Source of the DNA: Obrimoposthia wandeli | Lineage: Eukaryota | Assembly: GCA_977020255.1 (NCBI GenBank) | Contig: CDROCS010005781.1 | Location: forward strand, 62,001-126,000 | Direction of reading: 5' to 3' | DNA: 64,000 nucleotides | Shown here: positions 27,479 to 38,009 of the stretch, in pieces | How positions within the stretch are numbered: position 1 is the first letter of the stretch | Layout: every line of letters begins with the position of its first letter | Made by a program: the position numbers and the translations under genes | Notes under the pieces: generated by a model | Databases searched by the model: none | Told to the model about the DNA's origin: nothing | The model's input: only the letters and a program-made list of their open reading frames with translations

Positions 27479-28348
27479 TCAATTATGGGGCATGCAGCAG
27501 CGTTTGTACTTTTTACCACTGCCACAAGGGCAAGGGCGGTTTTTTCGCGGTGCAATATCGGCGTTTATTTCTGCGAGATTTTGTTTATAAAAATTGCTCA
27601 AATAATCGTATAGCTTAGGGTGCTTACGTTGCAGCATTTTTGGGCGTTCAAAAAAATATTCCGATGATACCGCAAAGAACTCGGCGCTATTGGTGGCAGA
27701 GTAATCATTAATATTACTATTGCCAAGTTCCACTTCATTGATCTTATGTTGAACAAAATCAAACCAAGGGGCGCTGTATTCAAACTCGGTCACACGTTCT
27801 GGAAAACCATCGCACTGGCCATCAGCCATATCAATAAGATGCACAAATTCGTGAATACCGACATTTTGTTTGTCGCGGCTATTCTCAAACCCACGGTGTA
27901 AATCAGGCTTGCTTAATACCATTTTCCCCGACATAACGCCCGTGCCCACCATACCGCTAATGCGAGAATCAGGCATGCCATACTGATATTGTTCGTTGAA
28001 ACGAGCAGGTAATAAAATGACACTTTCTATATTAAAGTAGTGCCAGCCAGGAAAGCCCCAAACCGGAATAATGGCACTGGCCGCGACTAATAATTTGTCG
28101 TTATCATCTACGCTGACGTCTTGGCTGCCTTCAACTCGAGTGGTTGCTAAAAATAATAAACAGCGCTGTTCAAAACATAACTGCTCTTCTGTGGATAAGT
28201 TGCGATAGAAACTCACATTTTGCTGTAAAAAAATGCTCCACTGAGGTTGCCAGTTTTTGCTGTGATTTTCTTGCATCGATGCGACAGAAGGTTTAAATAA
28301 ATTGTCGAAGAAGCTTTGAATACTGTTTATTAATTTAGAGAAGAGCAC
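27479..28348 (-). CDS. MtfA/M90-family zinc peptidase with C-terminal SEC-C motif
   Basis: HEFVHLID, YSATNSAEFFAVSSEYFFE, RNRPCPCGSGKKYKRCC. Confidence 0.88.
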   Translation of the reverse strand: MLFSKLINSIQSFFDNLFKPSVASMQENHSKNWQPQWSIFLQQNVSFYRNLSTEEQLCFEQRCLLFLATTRVEGSQDVSVDDNDKLLVAASAIIPVWGFPGWHYFNIESVILLPARFNEQYQYGMPDSRISGMVGTGVMSGKMVLSKPDLHRGFENSRDKQNVGIHEFVHLIDMADGQCDGFPERVTEFEYSAPWFDFVQHKINEVELGNSNINDYSATNSAEFFAVSSEYFFERPKMLQRKHPKLYDYLSNFYKQNLAEINADIAPRKNRPCPCGSGKKYKRCCMPHN

Positions 28349-28433
28349 TGTTAACGACCTTGTTCTAGCAGGCTAAAAGGAATTTTTTAAAGGCAGAAGG
28401 AATAGAACAAGAAGTGCGCACGACTATGAAAAG

Positions 28434-28994
28434 CTATACGACCTTCATAGTCGCAATGGTTGGCGCGCCTGAGTTCTCAACAATGCTTGGCTCAGTGCCT
28501 TCAGACATTGCTTTCAGTTCTTTATCGATAAAGTACAAACCACGGCCATCTTCGCCAATGATTTCGATTTTATCCAAAATGCTTTTGAATATTTTCTCTT
28601 CTTCATGCTGCTCAGCCACATACCACTGTAAGAAGTTGAATGTAGAGTAGTCATGCTCACTGAACGCAGTATGAGCCAATTCATTAATCGCTTTAGTAAT
28701 GGTGCACTCGTGCTTATGAGTTTCTACAAAAACATTGGTCAGCGTATCAAACTCAAGCGGTGGCGCTTCAATTGTGCCTAAAACGGCTAGGTTGCCTGTT
28801 TCATTCACGTAGGTGAATAAACGCTGCATGTGTTGCATTTCTTCGTCGGCATGTACTTTCAAAAATGCGGCGGCACCTTCAAAGCCTTTATATTCACACC
28901 AAGCACTCATCTGTAAATACAGGTTGGATGAATAAAATTCTAAATTAATTTGGTCGTTTAATTGCGTAACCATTTTTTTGCTTAACATAATCAT
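28434..28994 (-). CDS. ftnA: Non-heme ferritin
   Basis: [41 protein letters not shown]. Confidence 0.95.
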   Translation of the reverse strand: MIMLSKKMVTQLNDQINLEFYSSNLYLQMSAWCEYKGFEGAAAFLKVHADEEMQHMQRLFTYVNETGNLAVLGTIEAPPLEFDTLTNVFVETHKHECTITKAINELAHTAFSEHDYSTFNFLQWYVAEQHEEEKIFKSILDKIEIIGEDGRGLYFIDKELKAMSEGTEPSIVENSGAPTIATMKVV

Positions 28995-29054
28995 TCCTAC
29001 TTACTTATTTAACGCTTAAATTTATTTCTTTGATCTATTTGCAATATCGATTTT

Positions 29055-30389
29055 TTAATTAAGATCTTTAATAAAAATCTTTGAGTTTCTCTGGAAATTA
29101 TACAGTGACTGCCGCTCTTGTGGCAGGGCAGAAATATTAGCTTCACTGAATCCTCTTTCCATAAACCAATGCGCCGTACGCGTGGTTAATACAAAAATTT
29201 TATTGGTTTTCTCAGCTTTAGCCTGTGCGCTGATCGCATTTAATAAACGATCCCCACGTTGGCCCGAGCGGTATTCGCTGCTCACGGCGACACACGCGAG
29301 TTCAGCCAAGTCTGCAGAATAGGGGTACAAGGCCGCGCAAGCGATGATCATGCCGTCGCGCTCAATCACTTTAAAGCGATTGATTTCAGTTTCTAACAAC
29401 TCGCGTGAACGACGTACCAAAATGCCTTGCTCTTCGAGAGGGGTTAATAATTCTAAAATTCCGCCCACATCTTCAATATTTGCTTGGCGTAACAGCTCAT
29501 AATCGTCGGCAGTAATCAGCGTGCCCGCGCCTTCATGGGTGAACAGCTCTTGCAGTAAAGCACCATCAACCTTGTAGCTTAATAAGTGCGCTCTATTAAT
29601 ACCGGCTTTAACCGCGGTTAAAGCCGCTTGAGCGTGCCCTTTATGTTCGCCCGATAAACTGCCTACCAGTTGAGACAGTTCAGCGGTGGTGATTTGCGAA
29701 ATAATAGCCGCATCATTGCTGTCTGGGTGTGTCTCTGCTTTATTGGCGGCGGAAGGCAAACCTTCGTCTTCCCCCATTAATACTAATTTTTCAGCGACTA
29801 ATGAAATGGCCGTTTGCGTGGCCACATCTTCGGCCGCTAAGTTAAACATTTCACCACTGGGTGAATAACCACAGCTGGATAATAAAACAACATTGCCTTG
29901 ATCAAGCTGTTGGCTAATCGCCAGCCTATCAATACGACGGACTTCGCCGGTATGTTGAAAATCAATACCGTCAATCACACCTTTAGGTTTTGCCGTAACA
30001 AAGTTACCACTCACCACACGAATGCGAGCACCGTGCATGGGGGTATTTGGCAAACCTACGGAGAGTCTGGCTTCGATATCGGATTTCACAATGCCAATCG
30101 CCGCGCGCACAGCGTTCAGCGCGGCTTGGTCGGTAATGCGTAAATCACCGTGAAACTGGCTTTTAATATTCAGTACATTAAGTGCTTGGTCAATTTGTGG
30201 GCGTGCGCCATGAACGATCACTAAGCGCACCCCAAGACTATTCAGCAAAGCAATGTCTTGCACTATGTGAGCAAAGTTATCATCGGCAATCGCATCACCT
30301 TCTAACATCAGCACAAAGGTTTTTCCTCTGTGTGCATTGATGTAGGGTGACGAGTGTCTAAACCATTTAACGTACTGGCTATTATCCAT
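29055..30389 (-). CDS. argA: N-acetylglutamate synthase
   Basis: WFRHSSPYINAHRGKTFV, AAK plus GNAT domains, FVLTTRTAHWF. Confidence 0.96.
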   Translation of the reverse strand: MDNSQYVKWFRHSSPYINAHRGKTFVLMLEGDAIADDNFAHIVQDIALLNSLGVRLVIVHGARPQIDQALNVLNIKSQFHGDLRITDQAALNAVRAAIGIVKSDIEARLSVGLPNTPMHGARIRVVSGNFVTAKPKGVIDGIDFQHTGEVRRIDRLAISQQLDQGNVVLLSSCGYSPSGEMFNLAAEDVATQTAISLVAEKLVLMGEDEGLPSAANKAETHPDSNDAAIISQITTAELSQLVGSLSGEHKGHAQAALTAVKAGINRAHLLSYKVDGALLQELFTHEGAGTLITADDYELLRQANIEDVGGILELLTPLEEQGILVRRSRELLETEINRFKVIERDGMIIACAALYPYSADLAELACVAVSSEYRSGQRGDRLLNAISAQAKAEKTNKIFVLTTRTAHWFMERGFSEANISALPQERQSLYNFQRNSKIFIKDLN

Positions 30390-30536
30390 TGTGATTTATC
30401 AGTTATCTATTAGTTATCTATTCGCTATAGAGCAAATATATGAAGGTGTATTTAGGTTAAGCAACATAGCACAAACTCACTTTGGCATTAAGTTGAGATT
30501 GGTAAAACGTATAAATAATCGACAATTAAGTCAGTA

Positions 30537-31736
30537 TTAACGGCTTTTAAGGCAATACTCATTAATAAACTGCGATAACAATTCTACCGTAGGCTGCATT
30601 TGGTCTAGCGAAATAAATTCATCCAGCTGGTGGGCCTGATCGATAGAACCCGGCCCAAGCACCAAGGTTTCCATACCCAGTTGCTGCATAAAAGGCGCTT
30701 CCGTCGCAAAGGCAACGGCGTGAGCTTGGTGATTGGTTAACTTTTCGGCCAGCTTCACTAGGTCGGCATTCTTATCGGTGGCAAAAGACGGCACACCAGG
30801 GAATAACGATTCTAATTCGAACTGAACGTTATGACGGCTGGCAATCGGTTTAATCCGCGCTTCCATCTCTGAACGTAATTGCTCGTTGCTCATGCCGGGC
30901 AGCGCGCGTAAATCAAACGCCAATTCACAACTACCACAAATACGATTCGGATTATCGCCGCCATGCAAGCAGCCGAAATTTAACGTAGGCACTTCAATTT
31001 CAAAATCTTGATTATGATTTTCAGCCGCTAGCTGCAAGCGATAGGCTTTGAGTTCTGTCATCACATCGTGCATCGCATCAATAGCATTAATACCGAGGCT
31101 AGGGTTTGATGAATGGCCCGCATTCCCCGTGAGACGAATGGTCTCCATCATAATGCCCTTGTGCATGCGAATCGGCTTTAGCCCAGTCGGTTCACCGATA
31201 ATCGCATAACGACCTTTCGGCTTCCCTTGTTCAACTAAAAGCCGTGCACCACTCATCGAACTTTCTTCGTCAGCGGTGGCAAGAATAATCAGCGGCTGCT
31301 GCAAATCGAGCTGCTTAGGATTACCCAGTTGATTAAGAATATTTTCAATGGCCTCAATCGCCAGCGCAAAGAACCCTTTCATGTCGCACGTGCCTAAGCC
31401 ATACAGCTTGCCATCGCGCTCGGTAAGTTTAAAAGGGTCACTGCTCCAACGTTCAGGATTACACGGCACAGTATCGGTATGACCGCTGAGCACTAATCCA
31501 CCGGGGCCACTGCCTAGCGTTGCAATTAAGTTGTATTTATCTGGCTCGCCAGTACGTTCTTTTGGCACAGGCATTATTTCGCAGTCAAACCCCAGTGGTG
31601 TTAGCCACTCTGCCAGCAAGTCAATAACGGCCTTATTGCTACTATCGTATTCCGGTAACGCAGAGCTAATACTCGGCGCGGCAATAAGCTGCTGAAAGCG
31701 AGAAATAAGTTGTGACATGGCCAGATACCCATTCAA
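30537..31736 (-). CDS. argE: Acetylornithine deacetylase
   Basis: LSGHTDTVP, GLGTCDMKGF, ADEESSM, IGEPT, GPGSIDQAHQ. Confidence 0.95.
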   Translation of the reverse strand: MNGYLAMSQLISRFQQLIAAPSISSALPEYDSSNKAVIDLLAEWLTPLGFDCEIMPVPKERTGEPDKYNLIATLGSGPGGLVLSGHTDTVPCNPERWSSDPFKLTERDGKLYGLGTCDMKGFFALAIEAIENILNQLGNPKQLDLQQPLIILATADEESSMSGARLLVEQGKPKGRYAIIGEPTGLKPIRMHKGIMMETIRLTGNAGHSSNPSLGINAIDAMHDVMTELKAYRLQLAAENHNQDFEIEVPTLNFGCLHGGDNPNRICGSCELAFDLRALPGMSNEQLRSEMEARIKPIASRHNVQFELESLFPGVPSFATDKNADLVKLAEKLTNHQAHAVAFATEAPFMQQLGMETLVLGPGSIDQAHQLDEFISLDQMQPTVELLSQFINEYCLKSR

Positions 31737-31879
31737 TTCTATGAATAATGTTTTAAAGATATTTTAAATCAGTCTTAAGCATAACGTATTCTGCCAATTA
31801 GTTATCAAAAGTGCCGACAAATAGCGCTTATCCACATGGCTTGATGGTAACTGGCTCTAATCCGTCTTATCATCCAATA

Positions 31880-32968
31880 ATGAATCATGAAATCGAATTA
31901 AAGCTGCGTTTAAATACCAGCGAGCTGCCTTTGTTAGAAAAGGCCTTAGCTAACCCTCAATTTATCAGCGAACCAACACTTAAGTTGCTTAATCGCTATT
32001 TTGATACTCCTGATATGGGGTTAAGCCAAGGTGGCGCGGCGTTACGCATACGCCAGCAAGGTATCGTTGATTTTAAAAACGGTATTGCCAGCGGCACACT
32101 CTCAGATGAACGTATTATTCAAACGTTAAAAACGCGCGGCACCAGTTCGGCAGGTTTGCATCAGCGTATGGAATGGGATTGGCCGCTAACCGAGGTTGAA
32201 CTTGACCTCAGCTTGATTAAAAACGGTGATGCACAAACGCACTTATCCCCAGCCTTATCGCTAGAGGCCATTGCGCCTTTATTTACCACCGACTTTCAGC
32301 GCAAAGTATGGATGTATCAGCAAGGTGAAACCCTGATTGAATTGGTATTAGATCAAGGCGAAGTCTCGACCGACGAACACCGCATCGATTTATTAGAACT
32401 CGAATTAGAATTGAAGCAAGGTCAGCCTGAAGTGCTCTTTCAGGTTGCGCAACAGTTAGCCGACCAGTGCCCGGTATTAATGAGTGATATTAGTAAAGCC
32501 GAGCGCGGCTATGGATTGCTCGCGCGATCAGCCCGTTATGCTGGTATTAAAAAAGATTGGGCAGAAAAAATTCCTAATATTGATGAGCAGCAAGATGTGA
32601 TTAGCTGTTTTAAAGCGTTCTTTACCTTTCAGCTATCCAGTTTTCAGCGCAGTTTAGAATACAGTATTTGGGATGGTCAGCATGACCAACAAGCGCAAGT
32701 GGTTTCGCAGATGATGTTATTACGCAATCTGCTTTCTGTATTTGCGCATATAGATTGTCTGCCAGATGCTCAACTCTTACAGCGCCAACTAGACCAAGCC
32801 AGTCAAGCACCGCTAGAATTGTCACGTCTTTGGGGACAGCTCAGTTTAGCCTGCGGGCAATGGTTATTTAGTTTATCTAATGACTGTGCAAAATTTGAAA
32901 TGAGCGCAGAAGAAAAAATCTCAATAGACTTACATATTGAAGCGCTAGCAAAAGGAATACGTTCATGA
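31880..32968 (+). CDS. CYTH-domain inorganic triphosphatase (YgiF-like)
   Basis: Probable start MNHEIELKL at 31880. YFDTP, LRIR, ELELELK, SKAERGY. Confidence 0.88.
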   Translation: MNHEIELKLRLNTSELPLLEKALANPQFISEPTLKLLNRYFDTPDMGLSQGGAALRIRQQGIVDFKNGIASGTLSDERIIQTLKTRGTSSAGLHQRMEWDWPLTEVELDLSLIKNGDAQTHLSPALSLEAIAPLFTTDFQRKVWMYQQGETLIELVLDQGEVSTDEHRIDLLELELELKQGQPEVLFQVAQQLADQCPVLMSDISKAERGYGLLARSARYAGIKKDWAEKIPNIDEQQDVISCFKAFFTFQLSSFQRSLEYSIWDGQHDQQAQVVSQMMLLRNLLSVFAHIDCLPDAQLLQRQLDQASQAPLELSRLWGQLSLACGQWLFSLSNDCAKFEMSAEEKISIDLHIEALAKGIRS

Positions 32969-34722
32969 ACTCGGTTGCAGATCGCCCCGTCGCGCTTAAT
33001 GTCTTGCTGGATGATTTAAAAAAAGCAGGCATGTTAGATGATGACAATTATCAGTTAGGACAATTTGCTCGCCGTGGCCCGTCCGAATTAAAAATGCACC
33101 CTTTTGCATTCATCGGCAAACAAAAACTCACCAACCACAAAACCGGTGGCAAGCTGAGTGAAGAAATTATTTGTGAATGGGCCGCAGCAGAAAAAGGCCT
33201 AAGCTATGCTCGTATCGATCCGCTAGAAGTTGATGTGGCCGCGATTACCTCAGCCATGTCGTATGCGTTTTCAGAACGCCATAAAATATTAGCGCTAAAA
33301 GTTAATAAAGAAGAATTAGTCGTTGCGTGCAGTGAGCCCAATATTACATCTTGGGTACAAGATTTAGAGCATGTATCACGTCGTAAAATTGTACGCATTA
33401 TCGTGATGCCTACCGAAATAGAACGTCACCGTGTTGAATTTTATCAACTCGCCAACTCGATTAATCGAGCATCTTCACAGCACGATGGCATTAGTGGCAT
33501 TCAAAATTTAGAATCAATGCTAGAGCTTGGTAAAGCCAGTGCGCCTGAAGCTAATGACGAGCACATTGTGAATGTCGTTGATTGGTTATTGCAGTACGCC
33601 TTTGAACAGCGCGCCAGTGATATTCATATTGAACCTAGGCGTGAACTGGGGAAAGTACGCTTTCGTATCGATGGTGTTTTGCACCTAGTATATGAATTGC
33701 CCGCGCAAGTCACCCAAGCGGTTGTTGCCCGAATCAAAACCTTAGGCCGCATGAATATTGCAGAAAAACGTAAGCCACAAGACTCACGTTTAAAAACTAA
33801 AACCCCTGCGGGTGAAGAGATTGAATTACGCCTATCAACCTTGCCAACAGCGTTTGGCGAAAAACTCGTTATGCGAGTTTTTGACCCGAGCGTATTAGTT
33901 CGAAACTTTGCCGAACTTGGTTTCAGCAAAGAAGATTACCGCCGCTGGAAAGACATGACGGCGCAAAACAACGGCATCATCTTTGTAACAGGGCCAACAG
34001 GGTCGGGTAAAACCACGACCCTGTATTCAACCTTAAAAGAACTCGCGACGGTTGAAGTGAACGTTTCAACCATTGAAGATCCGATTGAAATGATCGAACC
34101 CGCGTTTAACCAAATGCAGGTTAACCACAGCATCGGTCTCGATTTTGCCACGGGCGTACGCGCGTTATTACGACAAGATCCCGATATTATTATGGTCGGT
34201 GAAATTCGTGATTTAGAAACCGCAGAAATGGCGGTGCAATCAGCGCTAACCGGCCACCTAGTATTATCAACACTGCACACCAACGACGCACCCACCGCGA
34301 TTACTCGATTATTAGAGCTGGGCTTGCCGCCGTATTTAATTCGATCAACGACGTTGGGCGTTATGGCGCAGCGACTGGTGCGAATCCTTTGCCCACACTG
34401 CAAAGAAGAAGGCGAGATAGACGCTGTTACATGGAAAGATCTTGTCGCCCCTTGGACCGTAACCAAACCCGCAAAAATATACCACCCCAAAGGTTGCTTA
34501 GAATGCCGTGATACAGGCTTTATTGGCCGTATGGGTATTTATGAAGTGCTGCCGATGAGTAATGAGATTAGTAAATTGATTGATGGTGACTCTGATCACC
34601 TGAAAATACGTCAGCAAGCCATGAAAGAAGGCATGCACAGCTTACGCTTAAGTGGCGCGCAGAAAATTGCGTCGGGCTTGACCACCATAGAAGAAGTTAT
34701 GAGAGTGGCACCAATGTCTTAA
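32965..34722 (+). CDS. Stand-alone GspE/PulE/PilB-family secretion ATPase
   Basis: ASDIHIEP, GPTGSGKTTTLY, LRQDPDIIMVGEIRD, STLHTN, CPHC...CLEC. Confidence 0.9.
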   Translation: MNSVADRPVALNVLLDDLKKAGMLDDDNYQLGQFARRGPSELKMHPFAFIGKQKLTNHKTGGKLSEEIICEWAAAEKGLSYARIDPLEVDVAAITSAMSYAFSERHKILALKVNKEELVVACSEPNITSWVQDLEHVSRRKIVRIIVMPTEIERHRVEFYQLANSINRASSQHDGISGIQNLESMLELGKASAPEANDEHIVNVVDWLLQYAFEQRASDIHIEPRRELGKVRFRIDGVLHLVYELPAQVTQAVVARIKTLGRMNIAEKRKPQDSRLKTKTPAGEEIELRLSTLPTAFGEKLVMRVFDPSVLVRNFAELGFSKEDYRRWKDMTAQNNGIIFVTGPTGSGKTTTLYSTLKELATVEVNVSTIEDPIEMIEPAFNQMQVNHSIGLDFATGVRALLRQDPDIIMVGEIRDLETAEMAVQSALTGHLVLSTLHTNDAPTAITRLLELGLPPYLIRSTTLGVMAQRLVRILCPHCKEEGEIDAVTWKDLVAPWTVTKPAKIYHPKGCLECRDTGFIGRMGIYEVLPMSNEISKLIDGDSDHLKIRQQAMKEGMHSLRLSGAQKIASGLTTIEEVMRVAPMS

Positions 34723-34862
34723 TGAATAGCAAAAATCAGCATTAGGCATTAAAAAATACGATGCATTCATAGTTCCTGATCAAAATAACCGCTAAGCTAG
34801 TTAAAAGCGTAGAATCAGGCGCATTAAAAGAATCACACCACACAAAACCATAGATACCAATA

Positions 34863-35366
34863 ATGGCAACAGACATAGACACAGTACCTCCTATTATCGA
34901 CTTGGAAGCCTCGGGATTTGGCCGAGGCAGCTATCCAATAGAAGTAGGCTTTGCGCTAGAAAACCGAGAAATTTACTCCTTTTTAATTAAACCAGAAGCC
35001 GATTGGACTCATTGGAGTGAAGAGGCTGAGGAAATTCATGGCATTAGCCGTGAACAACTGCAAGCCGAAGGCATGAGCATAGAAGACATTGCCCTTAAGC
35101 TAAATGACATGCTGCATGGACAAACACTTTATTCAGATGCTTGGAGTTTCGATAGCTCTTGGATCGGACGTTTATTCGACAGCGCTGGTATAGTGCAGCG
35201 CTTTCGAATAGAAACCATCAACAAGTTGCTTAAACCAGAGCAAGTAGAATTTTGGCACCCAACCAAAGAAGCCGTACTACAAGAACTAGGCATGAAAGCC
35301 CACCGAGCAGCGATTGATGTGCAAGTACTGCAAGAAACCTATTTACGAATTGCCAACATGAGTTAG
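34863..35366 (+). CDS. DEDDh 3'-5' exonuclease-like protein
   Basis: IIDLEASG, YPIEVG, HRAAIDV. Confidence 0.8.
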   Translation: MATDIDTVPPIIDLEASGFGRGSYPIEVGFALENREIYSFLIKPEADWTHWSEEAEEIHGISREQLQAEGMSIEDIALKLNDMLHGQTLYSDAWSFDSSWIGRLFDSAGIVQRFRIETINKLLKPEQVEFWHPTKEAVLQELGMKAHRAAIDVQVLQETYLRIANMS

Positions 35367-35397
35367 CGGTACGAGAACATGCTTAAACATAATGCAT

Positions 35398-35438
35398 AAA
35401 AAAGCCTTAATCATTGATAGTGATTAAGGCTTTTTTTT
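35398..35438. terminator. Strong intrinsic terminator at the core/cassette-array boundary
   Basis: AAAAAAGCCTTAATCA-7 nt-TGATTAAGGCTTTTTTTT. Confidence 0.85.
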
Positions 35439-35714
35439 GTTTTTAATAATGGCTGTTCGCATATCACAATTAAGGCTAATCATTAAATCGTTGAAAAATA
35501 TAAGAAAACTTAGCCATATATTGATAAGCCCTGATAAGCGAACACACGATGAAAGTGATATCAAATTGACAAAAGCGAACGGTAAATATAGTGTTGTGTC
35601 TATTATTAACAGGGATAGTCGTATGATTTCAAACAAGTTTCCTCTTCATTCGCCTTTCCCAGATATAAGGGGTTATGCGAACTCGGTTCGTATAACTCAC
35701 TTGTTATAGCTGTA

Positions 35715-36083
35715 ATGAATATTATATTTAGAGTTGTTGGTTACCTTCTTGGAGCCCTGATAGTTATTACTTTAGGTGTATATCTGTATATGTTTCGAGA
35801 ACAGAGCATAGATATAGATCTTGTTCCTACAGAGTTTAAATATTGTGGGAAGCAGATCTATGGAAATGATGAAAGTTACGAAAACATAGTGAAGTGGCTG
35901 AAGAGCAATAGTGATGATTGGGTTCTTTCATTTGCTAGTTACGTTCCTATACACAGATATTATCATGGCGCTTTTAACGTTAATGTACATAGAGAAGCTG
36001 TAATAGTCTCTTACAAAACTGATTACGGCTACCCACAATTTATTAAACAAGGGCAGCATAATTTACCACTGTCTTGCAATTAA
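35715..36083 (+). CDS. Cassette 1: membrane-anchored hypothetical protein (122 aa)
   Basis: N-terminal TM helix, followed by an attC. Confidence 0.75.
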   Translation: MNIIFRVVGYLLGALIVITLGVYLYMFREQSIDIDLVPTEFKYCGKQIYGNDESYENIVKWLKSNSDDWVLSFASYVPIHRYYHGAFNVNVHREAVIVSYKTDYGYPQFIKQGQHNLPLSCN

Positions 36084-36085
36084 AC

Positions 36086-36143
36086 AGCTAACAAGAAAAG
36101 GCATTGGACGCGAAAATCCGCGCCCATGCTTTTGGCGTTAGGG
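36086..36143 (+). repeat. attC site 1 (58 bp)
   Basis: AGCTAAC...GCATTGGACGCG-AAAATC-CGCGCCCATGC...GGCGTTAGGG. Confidence 0.88.
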
Positions 36144-36147
36144 TTGT

Positions 36148-36690
36148 ATGTTTAAAATCATTTTTACTTGTGCAGGTTTAAGTCTATTAGTCTGGTTGGT
36201 AGCTATTTTTAGTCTGTGTACATATGGAGGCTGTACTGGAGATCTAAGTAGGTATTTATTAAGCTTACTTGGTTTTTTAGCTACGGGGACTGTGATTGGA
36301 TTATTGTTATCTAGTTATACTTATCGAAAAATATCAGAGATTCTACTTTTGATTCCCGAAAGTATTATATTGATTTTATATTCAGTAATAACTTCAATTT
36401 CATTCATGCCTCTGAAGTCAGAAAATGAGTTAGATCATTATCTAATCGCTATCGTTGCCTTCACATCATGTCTCGGAATTAAATATACCCAAATATTGTT
36501 TGGGAATATGAAAATTTATATTAAGTTGATAATCACGGTTGTGTACTTTTTTGTATTAGTTGTTGCATCTGTATTCATGCTGGTAATTTTTTGGCCCATC
36601 ATATGTATAATGCTCGCGTTATACATTGGAGTTCTTTCTTTGGGATGGCTTATTATTGTACGAGTTCGTAATATTTCAGTAGGCCCCTAA
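36148..36690 (+). CDS. Cassette 2: multi-TM hypothetical protein (180 aa)
   Basis: About 5-6 hydrophobic segments. The stop codon lies inside the attC R'' (CCCTAAC). Confidence 0.8.
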   Translation: MFKIIFTCAGLSLLVWLVAIFSLCTYGGCTGDLSRYLLSLLGFLATGTVIGLLLSSYTYRKISEILLLIPESIILILYSVITSISFMPLKSENELDHYLIAIVAFTSCLGIKYTQILFGNMKIYIKLIITVVYFFVLVVASVFMLVIFWPIICIMLALYIGVLSLGWLIIVRVRNISVGP

Positions 36691-36776
36691 CGATCAGTTG
36701 GTGTACGCACCTACGGTGCTGGGACGGTTACTCGTTCCTCGCTACGTTTCACCGCCCCACAACAAAAGCGTTAAGC
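36685..36776 (+). repeat. attC site 2 (92 bp)
   Basis: CCCTAAC (complement of the preceding GTTAGGG)...CAAAAGCGTTAAGC. Confidence 0.9.
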
Positions 36777-36782
36777 AGTATT

Positions 36783-37223
36783 ATGAATAAAGAATTAATA
36801 TCATATTTAGATGGCTATCTACATTCACTTAGACGGCTTAGTGGTAATTTATGTGATTTTTGGGCGGAAACATTTGAATTTGAAAGTGATATAGAGAAAG
36901 GTTTTCGGGATCATTTGGCTGATATAGAAGTATCAATAATTAATAAGTCTCAAATAGGATACAAAGAGATAGATCAAGTCTTGAAAGAAAATGCTTTATC
37001 CAAATTATTAGTTAAAGATACATCCTTACTAGAAATGTTTTCATGGGATATAGTTGAGTATCTCCAAATGACCTATCAACTAATTGAGCCAGAGATTAAT
37101 CCTATATATAAAAAAGAGGCACTGCTTTTTACTGCGAAATCTGAATTCCATGGTGAGTTTGTTTATATTGTAGTGCCTGTTCTCAATCAAGCAGTCGTAG
37201 TGGGGTTGGCAACTCGTGCTTAA
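36783..37223 (+). CDS. Cassette 3: hypothetical protein (146 aa)
   Basis: ATG 7 nt after the attC core, with the stop inside the next R''. Confidence 0.8.
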   Translation: MNKELISYLDGYLHSLRRLSGNLCDFWAETFEFESDIEKGFRDHLADIEVSIINKSQIGYKEIDQVLKENALSKLLVKDTSLLEMFSWDIVEYLQMTYQLIEPEINPIYKKEALLFTAKSEFHGEFVYIVVPVLNQAVVVGLATRA

Positions 37224-37316
37224 TAATCAGTTGGTGACCCCCCCCTTCGGGGTGGGACGGTTACACTTCGCTCGTTCCTCGCTACGTTTCACCGCCCCAC
37301 AACAAAAGCGTTATAA
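37218..37316 (+). repeat. attC site 3 (99 bp), sibling of site 2
   Basis: GCTTAAT...GTTATAA. Its 43-nt 3' part is identical to site 2. Confidence 0.88.
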
Positions 37317-37337
37317 CCCCATACAAGGAAGGCAACA

Positions 37338-37937
37338 ATGATTATGAAGATATCGTTAATACTTATGATTATTCTGATGGCCAATAATTCGTACGCTGAA
37401 ATGTACAAGTGGGTTGATAGTAATGGGGCAACACATTTTTCTGATAAGAAACCAGATAATGAGAACGCTATTGATGTTGTTCTTAATTCGAGCAATATAT
37501 TTGACGGTAGGAAAGAAAATTCAGGTGACCTTTCTTCCCCCTACGTTAAGGATAAATTTAAAATGCCTTTTAAGGCGTCTACAGTTCCATATAGATTTGT
37601 AATGACATCAGCAATGAATGTGGATGAGCCTGTAGATAGGCTGTCAGAGATTAAAATTAGTCTTGATCAAAAAAGCTTCTACTCATATGTAAAACTCACT
37701 GGAGTAGAGTCAGGAGTAAACTACAACCTCAGAATAAGAGTAATTGATGAAAAAGGGGAACTTGTTTTTGATAAAAATAAGGAACTAAAGACTAAAACTA
37801 ACTCATTATGGTTTGCTGCTAGAATATCACCAAACATAAGTATTGATGAACCTGGTGGCTGGACAATTCAGGCAACTTTGAACAATAAAAAATTATTTTC
37901 TGAGAAGCGTTTAATTTCATTTAATAAAAAGTTATAA
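37338..37937 (+). CDS. Cassette 4: secreted DUF4124-domain protein (199 aa)
   Basis: Signal peptide followed by AEMYKWVDSNGATHFSDKKP, with a beta-rich C-terminus. Confidence 0.8.
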   Translation: MIMKISLILMIILMANNSYAEMYKWVDSNGATHFSDKKPDNENAIDVVLNSSNIFDGRKENSGDLSSPYVKDKFKMPFKASTVPYRFVMTSAMNVDEPVDRLSEIKISLDQKSFYSYVKLTGVESGVNYNLRIRVIDEKGELVFDKNKELKTKTNSLWFAARISPNISIDEPGGWTIQATLNNKKLFSEKRLISFNKKL

Positions 37938-37988
37938 CTAATAAAAGCAACGAACAGCTAAAGCTGCGCCCTGTTTTAGGCGTTATGT
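37932..37988 (+). repeat. attC site 4 (57 bp)
   Basis: TTATAAC (complement of GTTATAA)...CAGCTAAAGCTG...AGGCGTTATGT. Confidence 0.82.
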
Positions 37989-38009
37989 GAAAAGTACTGA
38001 GGACGCATC

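Noticed and set aside
26896-27555. LOG ORF start at 27555 overlapping the MtfA gene
   Set aside because: The extension is read-through of the SEC-C coding region; the family N-terminus begins at 27444.
28995-29054. Fur box upstream of ferritin (and likewise upstream of the ABC permease)
   Set aside because: No convincing GATAATGATAATCATTATC-like match; the region is merely AT-rich.
35424-35709. Overlapping 90-aa and 70-aa ORFs upstream of the cassette array, considered as an integrase remnant or attI region
   Set aside because: No tyrosine-recombinase motifs (R-H-R-H-Y or the IntI patch) in any frame I read, and the start lies inside the terminator. Only a hairpin at about 35669-35697 is visible.
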